64,000 nt of DNA from Myxococcota bacterium (GTDB taxonomy: Bacteria > Myxococcota_A > Polyangia > Polyangiales > Houyiibacteriaceae). Shown in pieces: positions 31,119 through 39,806 of the stretch. Made by a program: the position numbers and the translations under genes. Numbering within the stretch: the stretch's first letter is position 1; each line of letters begins with the position of its first letter. The stretch covers positions 76,275-140,274 of the forward strand of contig JANQQS010000102.1 of NCBI GenBank assembly GCA_028284955.1, read 5' to 3'. The notes under the pieces are model-generated. The model did no database searches. It saw only the letters and a program-made list of their open reading frames with translations, and was not told the DNA's origin.

Positions 31119-32294
31119 TTAGAACTGGCCGGCAAGCACCAATCCTCCGCCCTGCGGCGTGATCGCGGGAGCGAGCCGAGCGCGCACGGGCTTGGGCTTT
31201 CGGGCTTTCTTTTCATCGTTGACGTTTTCGTCGTTGGAGCCCTTGTCACCGGAGCCCTTGTCGCTGGAGCCCTCGTCCTTCACCAAGCGGTCCCGCAAAT
31301 CTTGATAGGCCGACCATCGTCGTTCCGCGTCGGAGCGCGTGGCGAGGTTGATGATGCCGCTGATCACCGAAATCCCTGAACCAATAAGCACGAAGTAATC
31401 GAACGGGTCGTCGACTTCGAAGTTGTTGGGGCCCAAGAAGAGAGGAATCACCGAAAGCCCCACGGCAATATTGATCGATGCGTTGAGCACTCGGGTCAGC
31501 CGGGTTCGCTTGGCGATGTGCTCGAGCGAGCTTTCCCCATACGCGAGCCGATGCTGCACTTGGGGCAACGTCTGCATCGGCATGTGGGAGTATTTGATCG
31601 ATGGGGTCGACGCATTGGGGGTGAGCGCGAGATCCAAAATGCCGCGGGTGATGTTGGCGCCGCCCCAGAGCCAGAGGTAAGCGCGGAGCGGTTTGTCATC
31701 GACCCAGACTCCGATACCGATGGAAAGGCCGCCCGTGACGATCGAAAGCACGCCATCGACAATACGATTGCTGCCGCGCCCCGCGAGTACCTGGAGGTCC
31801 GTATCGAGCACGCGAAGGCGCGTGACGATTCGGCTGGGAATCGGCGTGCCGTCGTCGGTGGTGATGCCCGCGCGTGCGGTGTAGCCGCGTTGACCGCTCG
31901 GATACTGGTTCGCTGAAGGAGGCTGAGGAATACGGTAGGGGGCAGGGGTCGTGCCCTCCGGGGGCGGAGGAATCGCAGAGTCTTTCGGCGGGGTCGCGGT
32001 GCTCGGTGTGTCTTGAGTCGCGGGCTCAGAGTTCTGCGCGGGAGCGTCGGGCGATCGGTCTGCGGATGGAGGCGGGCCCCCTCGCGGCGGGCCGAGATTT
32101 GCGCCGCTTTCGCTCGATTGAGTTGTCCTGGATGGGGGCGTGCCGGTTGAAGGTGTATTGGTTGAAGGCGTATTGGTTGAAGGCGTATTGGGCGGAGATG
32201 TCTGGGCGTGCGCTGCGGACGCAGCAACCAGCGCCGCGATACCTACGGTGTACGCAAACTGAACTCGACGGCTGAGCGAGGGACCAATCACCAA
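31119..32294 (-). CDS. Hypothetical membrane protein with a Pro/Thr/Ser-rich N-terminal region and about four TM helices
   Basis: The signal-like segment is 'VGIAALVAASAAHAQ', followed by 'NTPSTNTPSTNTPST'. The hydrophobic segments include 'VLSIVTGGLSIGIGVWV' and 'INIAVGLSVIPLFLG'. No recognisable domain. Confidence 0.55.
   Translation of the reverse strand: MVIGPSLSRRVQFAYTVGIAALVAASAAHAQTSPPNTPSTNTPSTNTPSTGTPPSRTTQSSESGANLGPPRGGPPPSADRSPDAPAQNSEPATQDTPSTATPPKDSAIPPPPEGTTPAPYRIPQPPSANQYPSGQRGYTARAGITTDDGTPIPSRIVTRLRVLDTDLQVLAGRGSNRIVDGVLSIVTGGLSIGIGVWVDDKPLRAYLWLWGGANITRGILDLALTPNASTPSIKYSHMPMQTLPQVQHRLAYGESSLEHIAKRTRLTRVLNASINIAVGLSVIPLFLGPNNFEVDDPFDYFVLIGSGISVISGIINLATRSDAERRWSAYQDLRDRLVKDEGSSDKGSGDKGSNDENVNDEKKARKPKPVRARLAPAITPQGGGLVLAGQF
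31236..31280. repeat. 15-bp x3 in-frame tandem repeat (GGAGCCCTTGTCACC-like) in the 3' part of the 31119-32294 gene
   Basis: Read directly. It encodes 'EGSSDKGSGDKGS' on the minus strand. Confidence 0.75.
32146..32190. repeat. 15-bp x3 in-frame tandem repeat (GTTGAAGGCGTATTG) in the 5' part of the 31119-32294 gene
   Basis: Read directly. It encodes (NTPST)x3 on the minus strand. Confidence 0.85.
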
Positions 32295-32409
32295 AAGCCT
32301 GTCGCGGTCGCCCTAGCGCCGCATAACTAGCGTAGGGCCCGGCCTTTGTGGTGTCAAAAAGCCAAGGAGGTCACTAAAGTTCGCGCGCCCATGATCCGAA
32401 GCGCCAGGT

Positions 32410-33357
32410 ATGGATGTTCGTAAGCTCAAGGATTACCGCGCCATGATGGCCGACACGGTGCGGATGGCTGCCTACGCGGAAGCGATCAGCGCGTCGTGTC
32501 CCGGTCGGGTGGTCTGCGAAATCGGGGTCGGTCTCGGGCCGCTTAGTCTGATGGCGCTGCACGCGGGCGCGCAGCGCGTATACGGAATCGAAGTGGACCC
32601 ACAGGTGCTCGGCCTCGCAACCGACGTGATCCGTAGTCACGGGTTCGATGACACGCAGTTCATTCCCGTGGAGGGTTTATCCACCGATGTGGAGCTTCCC
32701 GAGCCGGTCGACGTGATTCTTTCGGAGACGCTCGACAGCCTCGGCGTGGGGGAAAATACCGCGAGCTACATGACCGACGCGGGGGCGCGATTTCTCAAGC
32801 CGGAGGGAAGGTTTTTGCCCGAGCGCCTCGATTGCTACGTCGCGCTTGCCGCGCCCGAGGAATACGGCTCGCGCGAGCGATTCTGGGTCGATCTGGACGG
32901 CCTCGGGCTGGACTACACGCGAGTGCAACCGTCGGTGCGCGGCGTCAAGCACACGCTGGTCGTGCGGCCCGATGAATTGCTCAGCGGTTTTGCCCGCTGG
33001 CAGTCGATCGATTTTCGAAACGCGGGCTCGTTTTGCCAGCGTTCGCCAGTCGTGCTCCAGGCCAACAAATCGGGCCTCGCGACTGGGCTGGCGAGCACGT
33101 TTGTGGCCGTGCTCCACAAAGACATTGTGATCAGCACCTTTCCCGATGCTCCGCCGACCCACTGGAAGCAGGGCTTTGCTCCGTTTCCAGACCGCGCCAT
33201 CGAACTCAACGTTGGCGATCTAGCGTTCGCGGAAATCGAAATCGGGGAACATCGCGGCCCGTCGATCGAATACCAGCTCCAGGTGGCGGCGGGTCCACCG
33301 GATCGGATGACTCGGTTTTTGAAGCGCCGCCTCGCCGAGATGGAACGTGCGGCGTGA
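32410..33357 (+). CDS. Protein arginine N-methyltransferase (PRMT, type I)-like SAM-dependent methyltransferase
   Basis: Motif I is 'VVCEIGVGLGPLSLMALHAGAQRVYGIE'. The double-E loop is 'SETLDSLGVGE', with two Glu nine residues apart (nt ~32722-32754). The THW loop is 'PPTHWKQG' (nt 33157-33165). A C-terminal beta-barrel-sized domain follows. Confidence 0.75.
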   Translation: MDVRKLKDYRAMMADTVRMAAYAEAISASCPGRVVCEIGVGLGPLSLMALHAGAQRVYGIEVDPQVLGLATDVIRSHGFDDTQFIPVEGLSTDVELPEPVDVILSETLDSLGVGENTASYMTDAGARFLKPEGRFLPERLDCYVALAAPEEYGSRERFWVDLDGLGLDYTRVQPSVRGVKHTLVVRPDELLSGFARWQSIDFRNAGSFCQRSPVVLQANKSGLATGLASTFVAVLHKDIVISTFPDAPPTHWKQGFAPFPDRAIELNVGDLAFAEIEIGEHRGPSIEYQLQVAAGPPDRMTRFLKRRLAEMERAA

Positions 33358-33379
33358 CAGCGGATTGAAGTGCGCGAGT

Positions 33380-36300
33380 CTACGAATTCGGTTTGATGAG
33401 AAACCAAAGCGACGCGTCGCCGATTTGGGCCTTGTGGGGGGAGCCCTCCGTCGATGGCTCTGCCGAAGGTTCCGTCGAACGATCCGACGACTCCACGTCG
33501 TAATGGGTCGCGATCGACGTCATCCCTTCGGGGAGCATTGTAAAGCCAGTCGTCGACAGCGTTTCCTTGACGATGAAGTCTTCGTGCTCCTTTATCGCTT
33601 GGCGGAGTTCGCCTTTGGCGGCCCAGGTGACAGCGATGCGCGTTTCGAAGGCGAGATCATCTTCTTTGCGGGCGCGCTGGATGCGGTTGACGACTTCTCG
33701 CGCGAGGCCGGCTCGCTTCAGTTCGTCTGTCACCCGAGTGTCGAGCACGACCACGCGCCCTCGCTCGGCGGCGGCGGCGAAGTTCTCTTTGGCGCGGAGA
33801 CGAATTTCGACTTCATCTGGACCGAGGGTGATTTCCTCGCCATCGAGGTCGATGCGGAAATGTCCTTTTTCAGACATCTCTGCGTGCAGCGCCGAGCCGT
33901 CGGCGGCGGCGAGCGCCTTCTTGCAGGCCGGCACTTTCTTTCCGATCTTGGGTCCGAGCACACGGAAGTTTGGCACCAGCACGTAGTCTACGAATCGCTC
34001 GGGCTCTTCCGAGAAGGAGACGCTTCGTACATTCAACTCGTCGCCGATGGCGTCTTTGAATTGCTCGATGCGGGCGCGGTCGGCGTCATCGGCGACGACG
34101 ACGATGGCTTCTGCGAGCGGCTGACGAACGCGCAGTTTGGCCTCGTTGCGCACGCGCTGCCCGAGCGCCACGACGTCGCGTACGGCGGCCACGCTTTCGC
34201 GTAGCGCGTCATCCGCGCGGGACGCTTGGGGCTCGGGATAGGCGGCGAGATGCACCGACCGGCTGTCGTCGGGCGAGCGGCTCGCCGATGGGTTGCCGAC
34301 TAGGTTCTGGACCAGGTTCTGGTACATGGCGTCGGCCATAAATGGGACAAAGGGAGCGATCAATCGCGCGAGGTCGGTGAGGACTTCATAGAGCGTGGCA
34401 AACGCGGCGCGCTTGTCGTCGGTATCTTGGTCGGCCCAAAACCGATTTCGGCTGCGCCGGACGTACCAGTTCGAGAGCGCATCCACGAACGCTTGGATAT
34501 GTCGCACCGCAACGTGGCTGCGGTATCCGTCGAGCTCCGCGCGTACCGACCGTACCGCCTGGTCGAGCTCCGCGAGAATCCAGCGGTCCAGGTCCGGACG
34601 ATCAGCCAGGTCCGAACGACTAGCCTCGCTGCGCGGGGTCCATGCGTCGATATTTCCGTAGGTGACGAAGAAGCTGTAGACGTTCCAAATCTTGAGCAGA
34701 AACTCGCGCACCGCGTCGGTCGCGGCTTGATCTGAAAACCGGGTGTTTTGTCCCGGCACCGTGCCGGCGTAGAGCGCCCAGCGCACCGCGTCGGCGCCGA
34801 CCTTGTCCATGAGCTCCATGGGGTCGGTGTAGTTGCGATCTCGCTTGCTGAGTTTTTTGCCCTGCGCGTCGGTCATGAACCCGAGCACCACGCAATGCTC
34901 GAACGGGTGGGGGTATTTCCGCTCGGGAAAGAGCAGCGTGCTGATCGTCATGAGGGAGTAGAACCAGCCTCGCGTTTGATCCATCGCCTCGGTGATGAAA
35001 TCGGCGGGGAAACATCGCTCGAATGCTTCGGTGTTTTCATGGGGGTAGCCCCATTGCGCGAAGGGCATGCAGCCAGAATCGAACCAGCAATCGATCACGT
35101 CAGGCACTCGGCGATAGGTGCCGGGCTCCCCGGGCTTGGTCCAGGTGACTTCATCGATCCACGGTTTGTGCACCCGAAGGTGTTCGCTGAGCTCGGGGTT
35201 TTCTTTCTGCGCCGCGTCGAAATGGGCGAACGCCTGTGGGTTGCGTTCGAGAATCTCCGCCACCGACCCCACGGCCTCCATGGCGCCGGTTTCATCGTTG
35301 ATCCAGATAGGCAGAGGCGTGCCCCAAAACCGTTCTCGAGACAGCGCCCAATCGACGTTGCCGGCCAAAAACTGACCGAAGCGCCCGTCTTGCACGTGCC
35401 CCGGTTCCCAATGCACCTGCTGATTGTTTTCTTGTACGCGGCTGATTTCTTGGGTGGTGCGAATGAACCAGGAACGGCGCGCGTACTGGATCAGCGGGTC
35501 GCTCATCTTGCGCCAGCAGTAGGGATACTCGTGGCGGTAGACTTCTTCTTTGAAGAGCAGTTCTGCTCGGCGCAGATGGCGAATGATGTCTCGGTCGGCT
35601 TCTTTGCAGAACCGCCCGGCAAACTCCGTCACCTCCGGGGCAAAGGTTCCGTCGGGGCGGACGAGCTGCAAAAAACCCAGCCCTTCGGCTTTGCAGACCC
35701 GAAAATCGTCTTCGCCAAACGCCGGCGCGCAATGGACAAGCCCGGTGCCGCTGTCGAGCTCCACAAAGTCGGCCGCGATGACGCGATGGGCAGGGCCACC
35801 TTCGGGCTCGGCGTAGCGGAAGGGCGGGACATAGGCGGCGCCAATCCAGTCTGCCCCAGGCCGCGTTTCAAGGATCCGATGAGGCTGCTCACCGATGACT
35901 TTGGAGACCAGCGTTTCGGCGAGGACCACGCGTTCGGAGGAATCGGTGAGCTCGACCGTGGCGTAGGTTTTGTCGGCGGCGATGGCGAGCGCGATGTTGG
36001 AAGGAAGCGTCCATGGCGTGGTCGTCCACGCCAGGAAAGAAAGGCGATCGTCTTCTTGTGACCGAAACCGAACCACGACCGAAGGGTCGTCCACTTCTTG
36101 ATAGCCCTGGCCCACTTCGCCCGCCGAGAGCGCGGTGCCCCCCTGCGCCCACCACCACACGACTTTGTAGTCTTGATATAGAAGGCCTTGATTAAATAGT
36201 TCGCGAAGCGCCCACCAGACGCTCTCCACGTACTGCCGATGGAATGTGACGTAGGCGGCGTCGAGATCGACCCAAAACCCAATGCGCTGGGTCATGCGCC

Positions 36301-36694
36301 GCCACTCGTGAATGTAGCGAAATACCGAGTCGATACATTTCTCTGCGAACGGTGCGACGCCGTAGGCTTCGATGGCGTCGCGCCCGCTGATTCCGAGCTC
36401 CCGTTCGACTTCTACTTCGACGGGCAGGCCGTGGGTGTCCCATCCCCCGCGACGGGGCACCGAGTAGCCACACATGGTGCGGTATCTCAGGAAGACGTCT
36501 TTGACGACCCGGGTCAGCACGTGGCCGGGGTGGGGCATTCCGTTCGCGGTAGGAGGCCCTTCGAAAAACACGAATGGTTTGCCGCTCTGGTTTTTTTCGA
36601 GCGACCGCGCGAACACATCGTTTTGTTCCCATTCGCGCAGCTGCGCCTGGTCGAGTTCGGGAAACGAAACATCAGATGAAACCGGCCTGAACAT
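33380..36694 (-). CDS. ileS: Isoleucine-tRNA ligase (type 2)
   Basis: 'FVFFEGPPTANGMPHPGHVLTR' is the HIGH region and 'GKKLSKRDRN' is KMSKS. About 1100 aa with the editing domain. Confidence 0.95.
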   Translation of the reverse strand: MFRPVSSDVSFPELDQAQLREWEQNDVFARSLEKNQSGKPFVFFEGPPTANGMPHPGHVLTRVVKDVFLRYRTMCGYSVPRRGGWDTHGLPVEVEVERELGISGRDAIEAYGVAPFAEKCIDSVFRYIHEWRRMTQRIGFWVDLDAAYVTFHRQYVESVWWALRELFNQGLLYQDYKVVWWWAQGGTALSAGEVGQGYQEVDDPSVVVRFRSQEDDRLSFLAWTTTPWTLPSNIALAIAADKTYATVELTDSSERVVLAETLVSKVIGEQPHRILETRPGADWIGAAYVPPFRYAEPEGGPAHRVIAADFVELDSGTGLVHCAPAFGEDDFRVCKAEGLGFLQLVRPDGTFAPEVTEFAGRFCKEADRDIIRHLRRAELLFKEEVYRHEYPYCWRKMSDPLIQYARRSWFIRTTQEISRVQENNQQVHWEPGHVQDGRFGQFLAGNVDWALSRERFWGTPLPIWINDETGAMEAVGSVAEILERNPQAFAHFDAAQKENPELSEHLRVHKPWIDEVTWTKPGEPGTYRRVPDVIDCWFDSGCMPFAQWGYPHENTEAFERCFPADFITEAMDQTRGWFYSLMTISTLLFPERKYPHPFEHCVVLGFMTDAQGKKLSKRDRNYTDPMELMDKVGADAVRWALYAGTVPGQNTRFSDQAATDAVREFLLKIWNVYSFFVTYGNIDAWTPRSEASRSDLADRPDLDRWILAELDQAVRSVRAELDGYRSHVAVRHIQAFVDALSNWYVRRSRNRFWADQDTDDKRAAFATLYEVLTDLARLIAPFVPFMADAMYQNLVQNLVGNPSASRSPDDSRSVHLAAYPEPQASRADDALRESVAAVRDVVALGQRVRNEAKLRVRQPLAEAIVVVADDADRARIEQFKDAIGDELNVRSVSFSEEPERFVDYVLVPNFRVLGPKIGKKVPACKKALAAADGSALHAEMSEKGHFRIDLDGEEITLGPDEVEIRLRAKENFAAAAERGRVVVLDTRVTDELKRAGLAREVVNRIQRARKEDDLAFETRIAVTWAAKGELRQAIKEHEDFIVKETLSTTGFTMLPEGMTSIATHYDVESSDRSTEPSAEPSTEGSPHKAQIGDASLWFLIKPNS

Positions 36695-36803
36695 GGCGCC
36701 GGTTTAACCCAAATGCTACAGACTGCGCCACCCGACGGCGCGGCGGGGAAACCGATGGCTCCGGACCCGATGGCTCCGGGCAAACGCTCGAGCGAGGTGC
36801 CAC

Positions 36804-37661
36804 ATGGCAGAGATCATCGACGGCAAGGCGATTGCGAAGCGCGTTCGCGCAGAAGTTCGGGAGCGCGCGCTCGGACTGGCGGAGCGCCAGGGGCGCGCCC
36901 CGGGGCTGCATGTGGTGCTCGTGGGCGAGGACCCGGCGTCGCAGGTGTACGTGCGCAACAAAGAACGCGCGGCCGGCAAAGCAGGCATCGAGGGGAAGGT
37001 GCATCGGCTGCCGGAAGATACCGCCGAGCCGGCGCTGCTCGCGCTGATTGAAGAGCTCAACCAGGATGTCACGGTCGACGGGATTCTCGTCCAGCTGCCG
37101 CTGCCTGGTTCCCTCGATTCGGCACGGGTGGTGCGTGCGATCGACCCCGCGAAAGATGTCGACGGGCTGCATCCGGTCAATGCCGGCGAATTGATGCTCG
37201 ATGGTTCAGGCCTCACTCCGTGCACGCCCACGGGCTGCATGAAACTGATTCAGGAAACTGGATGCTCGCTAGAGGGGAGGCGCGCGCTCGTGCTCGGGCG
37301 CAGCCAGTTGGTGGGCAAACCGGTGGCGATGATGCTGCTTCGCCAGAACGCGACCGTGACTATGGCGCACTCCCGCACGCAGGATCTCGACGCCCGGGTA
37401 CGCGAAGCCGACGTGGTGATCGCGGCGGTAGGCAGACCGAAGTTGGTGCGCGGCGAGTGGATCAAGAACGGCGCCGTGGTGATCGACGTCGGCATCAACC
37501 GCGAGCCAGATGGAACCCTAGTCGGCGATGTAGACTTCGAAGCGGCGTCGGAGCGCGCGAGCCACATCACTCCGGTGCCCGGCGGCGTGGGCCCGATGAC
37601 GATCGCAATGCTGCTCGACAACACCGTCAAAGCCGCGGAAGGCCGAGAGCGAACGCGCTGA
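36804..37661 (+). CDS. folD: Bifunctional methylenetetrahydrofolate dehydrogenase/cyclohydrolase
   Basis: The FolD blocks are 'MAEIIDGKAIAKRVRAEV', 'VLVGEDPASQVYVRNKERA', 'GILVQLPLP', 'VLGRSQLVGKPVAMML' and 'PVPGGVGPMTIAML'. Confidence 0.95.
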   Translation: MAEIIDGKAIAKRVRAEVRERALGLAERQGRAPGLHVVLVGEDPASQVYVRNKERAAGKAGIEGKVHRLPEDTAEPALLALIEELNQDVTVDGILVQLPLPGSLDSARVVRAIDPAKDVDGLHPVNAGELMLDGSGLTPCTPTGCMKLIQETGCSLEGRRALVLGRSQLVGKPVAMMLLRQNATVTMAHSRTQDLDARVREADVVIAAVGRPKLVRGEWIKNGAVVIDVGINREPDGTLVGDVDFEAASERASHITPVPGGVGPMTIAMLLDNTVKAAEGRERTR

Positions 37662-37749
37662 TGCCGAACCGGATGCTGATGCCGAACCGGATGCTGATTC
37701 AGGTGCCGATGCTGATTCAGGTGCCGATGCTGATTCAGGTGCCGATGCG
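37660..37749. repeat. Five tandem 18-bp units (2x GATGCCGAACCGGATGCT, then 3x GATTCAGGTGCCGATGCT) starting inside the folD stop codon
   Basis: Read directly. The array fills most of the 146-bp convergent spacer between folD and the small minus-strand gene that ends at 37808. Confidence 0.9.
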
Positions 37750-37807
37750 GGAACCCGAATCCGTTCCGGATGCTGACGCCGGACCGAATGCTGGACCCGA
37801 ACCCGGT

Positions 37808-38068
37808 TCAGGGGACTTCCATGCCGGCGTCAGTCGCTTCACCTGCGTCGGGATTGCCGAGCGTTTCGATTCGGGCCTCGACTTCTTCTTTGAGGTCTGT
37901 TCCCGCGCGCTCCAGGTCAGTCTGAAGCTCTTGCGCCTCCGGCGTGCTGATGATGCGGCTGAGGTGTTCGAATAGGGTGCGTTTTCCGATGGGGACGCAA
38001 AGCACGACGTAGACCACCACTGCGCCAGTGATGAGCGAGCCTGCGAGACGTATGGTGCGTGTGATCAT
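37808..38068 (-). CDS. Small (86 aa) single-TM protein downstream of the sigma54 activator gene
   Basis: Internal ATG at 38068. The TM helix is 'LAGSLITGAVVVYVVLCV', followed by an acidic helical tail. The rest of the 256-aa ORF upstream overlaps the activator gene and reads Arg-rich junk. Confidence 0.45.
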   Translation of the reverse strand: MITRTIRLAGSLITGAVVVYVVLCVPIGKRTLFEHLSRIISTPEAQELQTDLERAGTDLKEEVEARIETLGNPDAGEATDAGMEVP

Positions 38069-38109
38069 AACAAAGAGTCGACGTTCAACAGGTGGAGCGG
38101 ACGCGACGG

Positions 38110-39570
38110 CTATGGACGGTCCGTGTCCTTGCTTCGGCGGATTCCGTAGCCTCGCATTTTCTTGTGCAAGTTCGTTCGTTCCACTCCGAGTAACCCAGCG
38201 GCCTTCGAAATATTCCAGCCGCAGTCTTCCAGAGTAGAGAGGATATACTGGCGTTCGGCGCGCTCGCGGTGTTCTCGCAGCGTGAGTCGGGCACCGTTTC
38301 CGGCTTCGGAGATCTCGCTCGGCGAATCGCCCCCACGAGCGTTCCCACCCGTCGACTCCGCGTGTACAGCGTTGTCGTTTACCGAGGTGCGTCCAAGGTT
38401 GCTTCCTAGCCGGCCTTCTTTGGGCAGATCGGCGAGGGTGATGCGGTCGCCGCTCAGGATGGCCATGCGCTCCACGACGTTTTTCAGCTCGCGCACGTTC
38501 CCGGGCCAGGGGCGACCCGCCAAACGGTCGAGCACTTCGGCGTCGATGGGTTTTTCTCGAAGCCCGTTGTCGAGGCAAAAGTCGCGCAAAAACGCACGCG
38601 CCAGGATGGGAACGTCGTCTTTGCGTTCGCGGAGGGGAGGGCTTTCGATGGGCACGACGTTGAGGCGAAAATACAAGTCTTCACGAAAGCGGCTTTCTTT
38701 GACTTCGGTCTCGAGATCTTTGTTGGTCGCGGCGAGAATGCGCACGTCCACGGCGATGCTTTGCTCGCCACCCACCCGGCTGATTTCGCCGCTTTGCACC
38801 GCTCGAAGCACTTTGGCTTGCGCGCTTGCGCTCATATCGCCGATCTCGTCGAGAAACAGCGTTCCGCCGTCGGCGAGCTCGAACATGCCTTTCTTTCGAC
38901 CGGCTGCGCCTGTAAACGCGCCTCGCTCGTGGCCGAAGAGCTCGCTCTCGATCAGTTCGGCGGGAATCGCGGCACAGTTAACTTTGACGAATCGTTTGTC
39001 GGCGCGGCGGCTAAGCTGGTGGATGGCGCGGGCGATCAGCTCTTTGCCGGTGCCGCTTTCCCCGGTGATGAGCACCCGGCCGTTGGTCGGGGCCACTTTT
39101 TCGATTTGGGCGAAGAGCTGCCGAATCGGCGCGCTCTCTCCGATCATGTCGTAGCGTTTTTGCGCCGCGGCTCGGAGGGCTTCGACTTCGCGCTGGAGCT
39201 GAGAGGCGCGCAGCGCGTTGCGCACGCTGATGAGTATGCGATCGCGGTCGAGCGGTTTCTCGAAGAAATCGGTGGCGCCCATTTGCACCGCGGAGACCGC
39301 CTCGGCGAGCGATGCATGGCCGCTGACCATGAGCACTGGGAGACGCTCCGTTTCGCGCTGGGTCCGCAATCGCTGCAGCGCTTCGATGCCGGTCATGTTG
39401 GGCAAGCGAACATCGAGGATGGCGAGGTCGACGTCGCCCTCGGCGACGAGCTCGAGCGCGCGTTCGGCAGTATCAGATTCGAGAACTCGAAAGCCCGAGC
39501 CTTCGAGCACCATACGCAAGGTACGACGAATGTTCTTTTCGTCATCGACGACGAGAATGGTCGCACTCAT
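38110..39570 (-). CDS. Sigma54-dependent response regulator (NtrC family: REC, AAA+ and Fis-type HTH)
   Basis: The REC domain is 'ILVVDDEKNIRRTL..DLAILDVRLPNMTGIEAL'. Walker A is 'ITGESGTGKELIARAIH'. The sigma54-contact loop is 'ELFGHERGAFTGA'. The C-terminal HTH is 'WNISKAAGLLGVERTNLHKKMR'. I chose the ATG at 39570. Confidence 0.92.
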   Translation of the reverse strand: MSATILVVDDEKNIRRTLRMVLEGSGFRVLESDTAERALELVAEGDVDLAILDVRLPNMTGIEALQRLRTQRETERLPVLMVSGHASLAEAVSAVQMGATDFFEKPLDRDRILISVRNALRASQLQREVEALRAAAQKRYDMIGESAPIRQLFAQIEKVAPTNGRVLITGESGTGKELIARAIHQLSRRADKRFVKVNCAAIPAELIESELFGHERGAFTGAAGRKKGMFELADGGTLFLDEIGDMSASAQAKVLRAVQSGEISRVGGEQSIAVDVRILAATNKDLETEVKESRFREDLYFRLNVVPIESPPLRERKDDVPILARAFLRDFCLDNGLREKPIDAEVLDRLAGRPWPGNVRELKNVVERMAILSGDRITLADLPKEGRLGSNLGRTSVNDNAVHAESTGGNARGGDSPSEISEAGNGARLTLREHRERAERQYILSTLEDCGWNISKAAGLLGVERTNLHKKMRGYGIRRSKDTDRP

Positions 39571-39704
39571 TGGCCGGGGTATAGCATCGGTGACTTCCGG
39601 GGCGCATGCCGGAGGCGTCATCCTTGGACTTTCGATGTGTTCGGGGGTGCTAATTTGTGAGGATATCCGGGGGAGTGCGCGATTTTGAGCGGCCGGCTGA
39701 TGCG

Positions 39705-39733
39705 TTGACCATTTTTGTGGCCGTTGCTATAAG
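39705..39733 (+). promoter_or_regulatory. Candidate sigma70-type promoter of the glt/nfs-like operon (TTGACC, 17 nt spacer, TATAAG)
   Basis: Read directly, about 70 nt upstream of the ATG at 39807, which has a GGGAGGAAAAGGC Shine-Dalgarno region. Sequence match only. Confidence 0.35.
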
Positions 39734-39806
39734 CGCGAGGTCCGCAAGGCCGGGCGTTCGCAATCGGGCAGTCGGGCCCGTCGCTGTGAAGCTGGGAGGA
39801 AAAGGC

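Noticed and set aside
37220-37975. ORF 37220-37975 (+), whose product contains 'MPNRMLMPNRMLIQVPMLIQVPMLIQVPM'.
   Set aside because: It is out of frame inside folD, and its repeat peptide is simply the 18-bp intergenic tandem array read in one frame.
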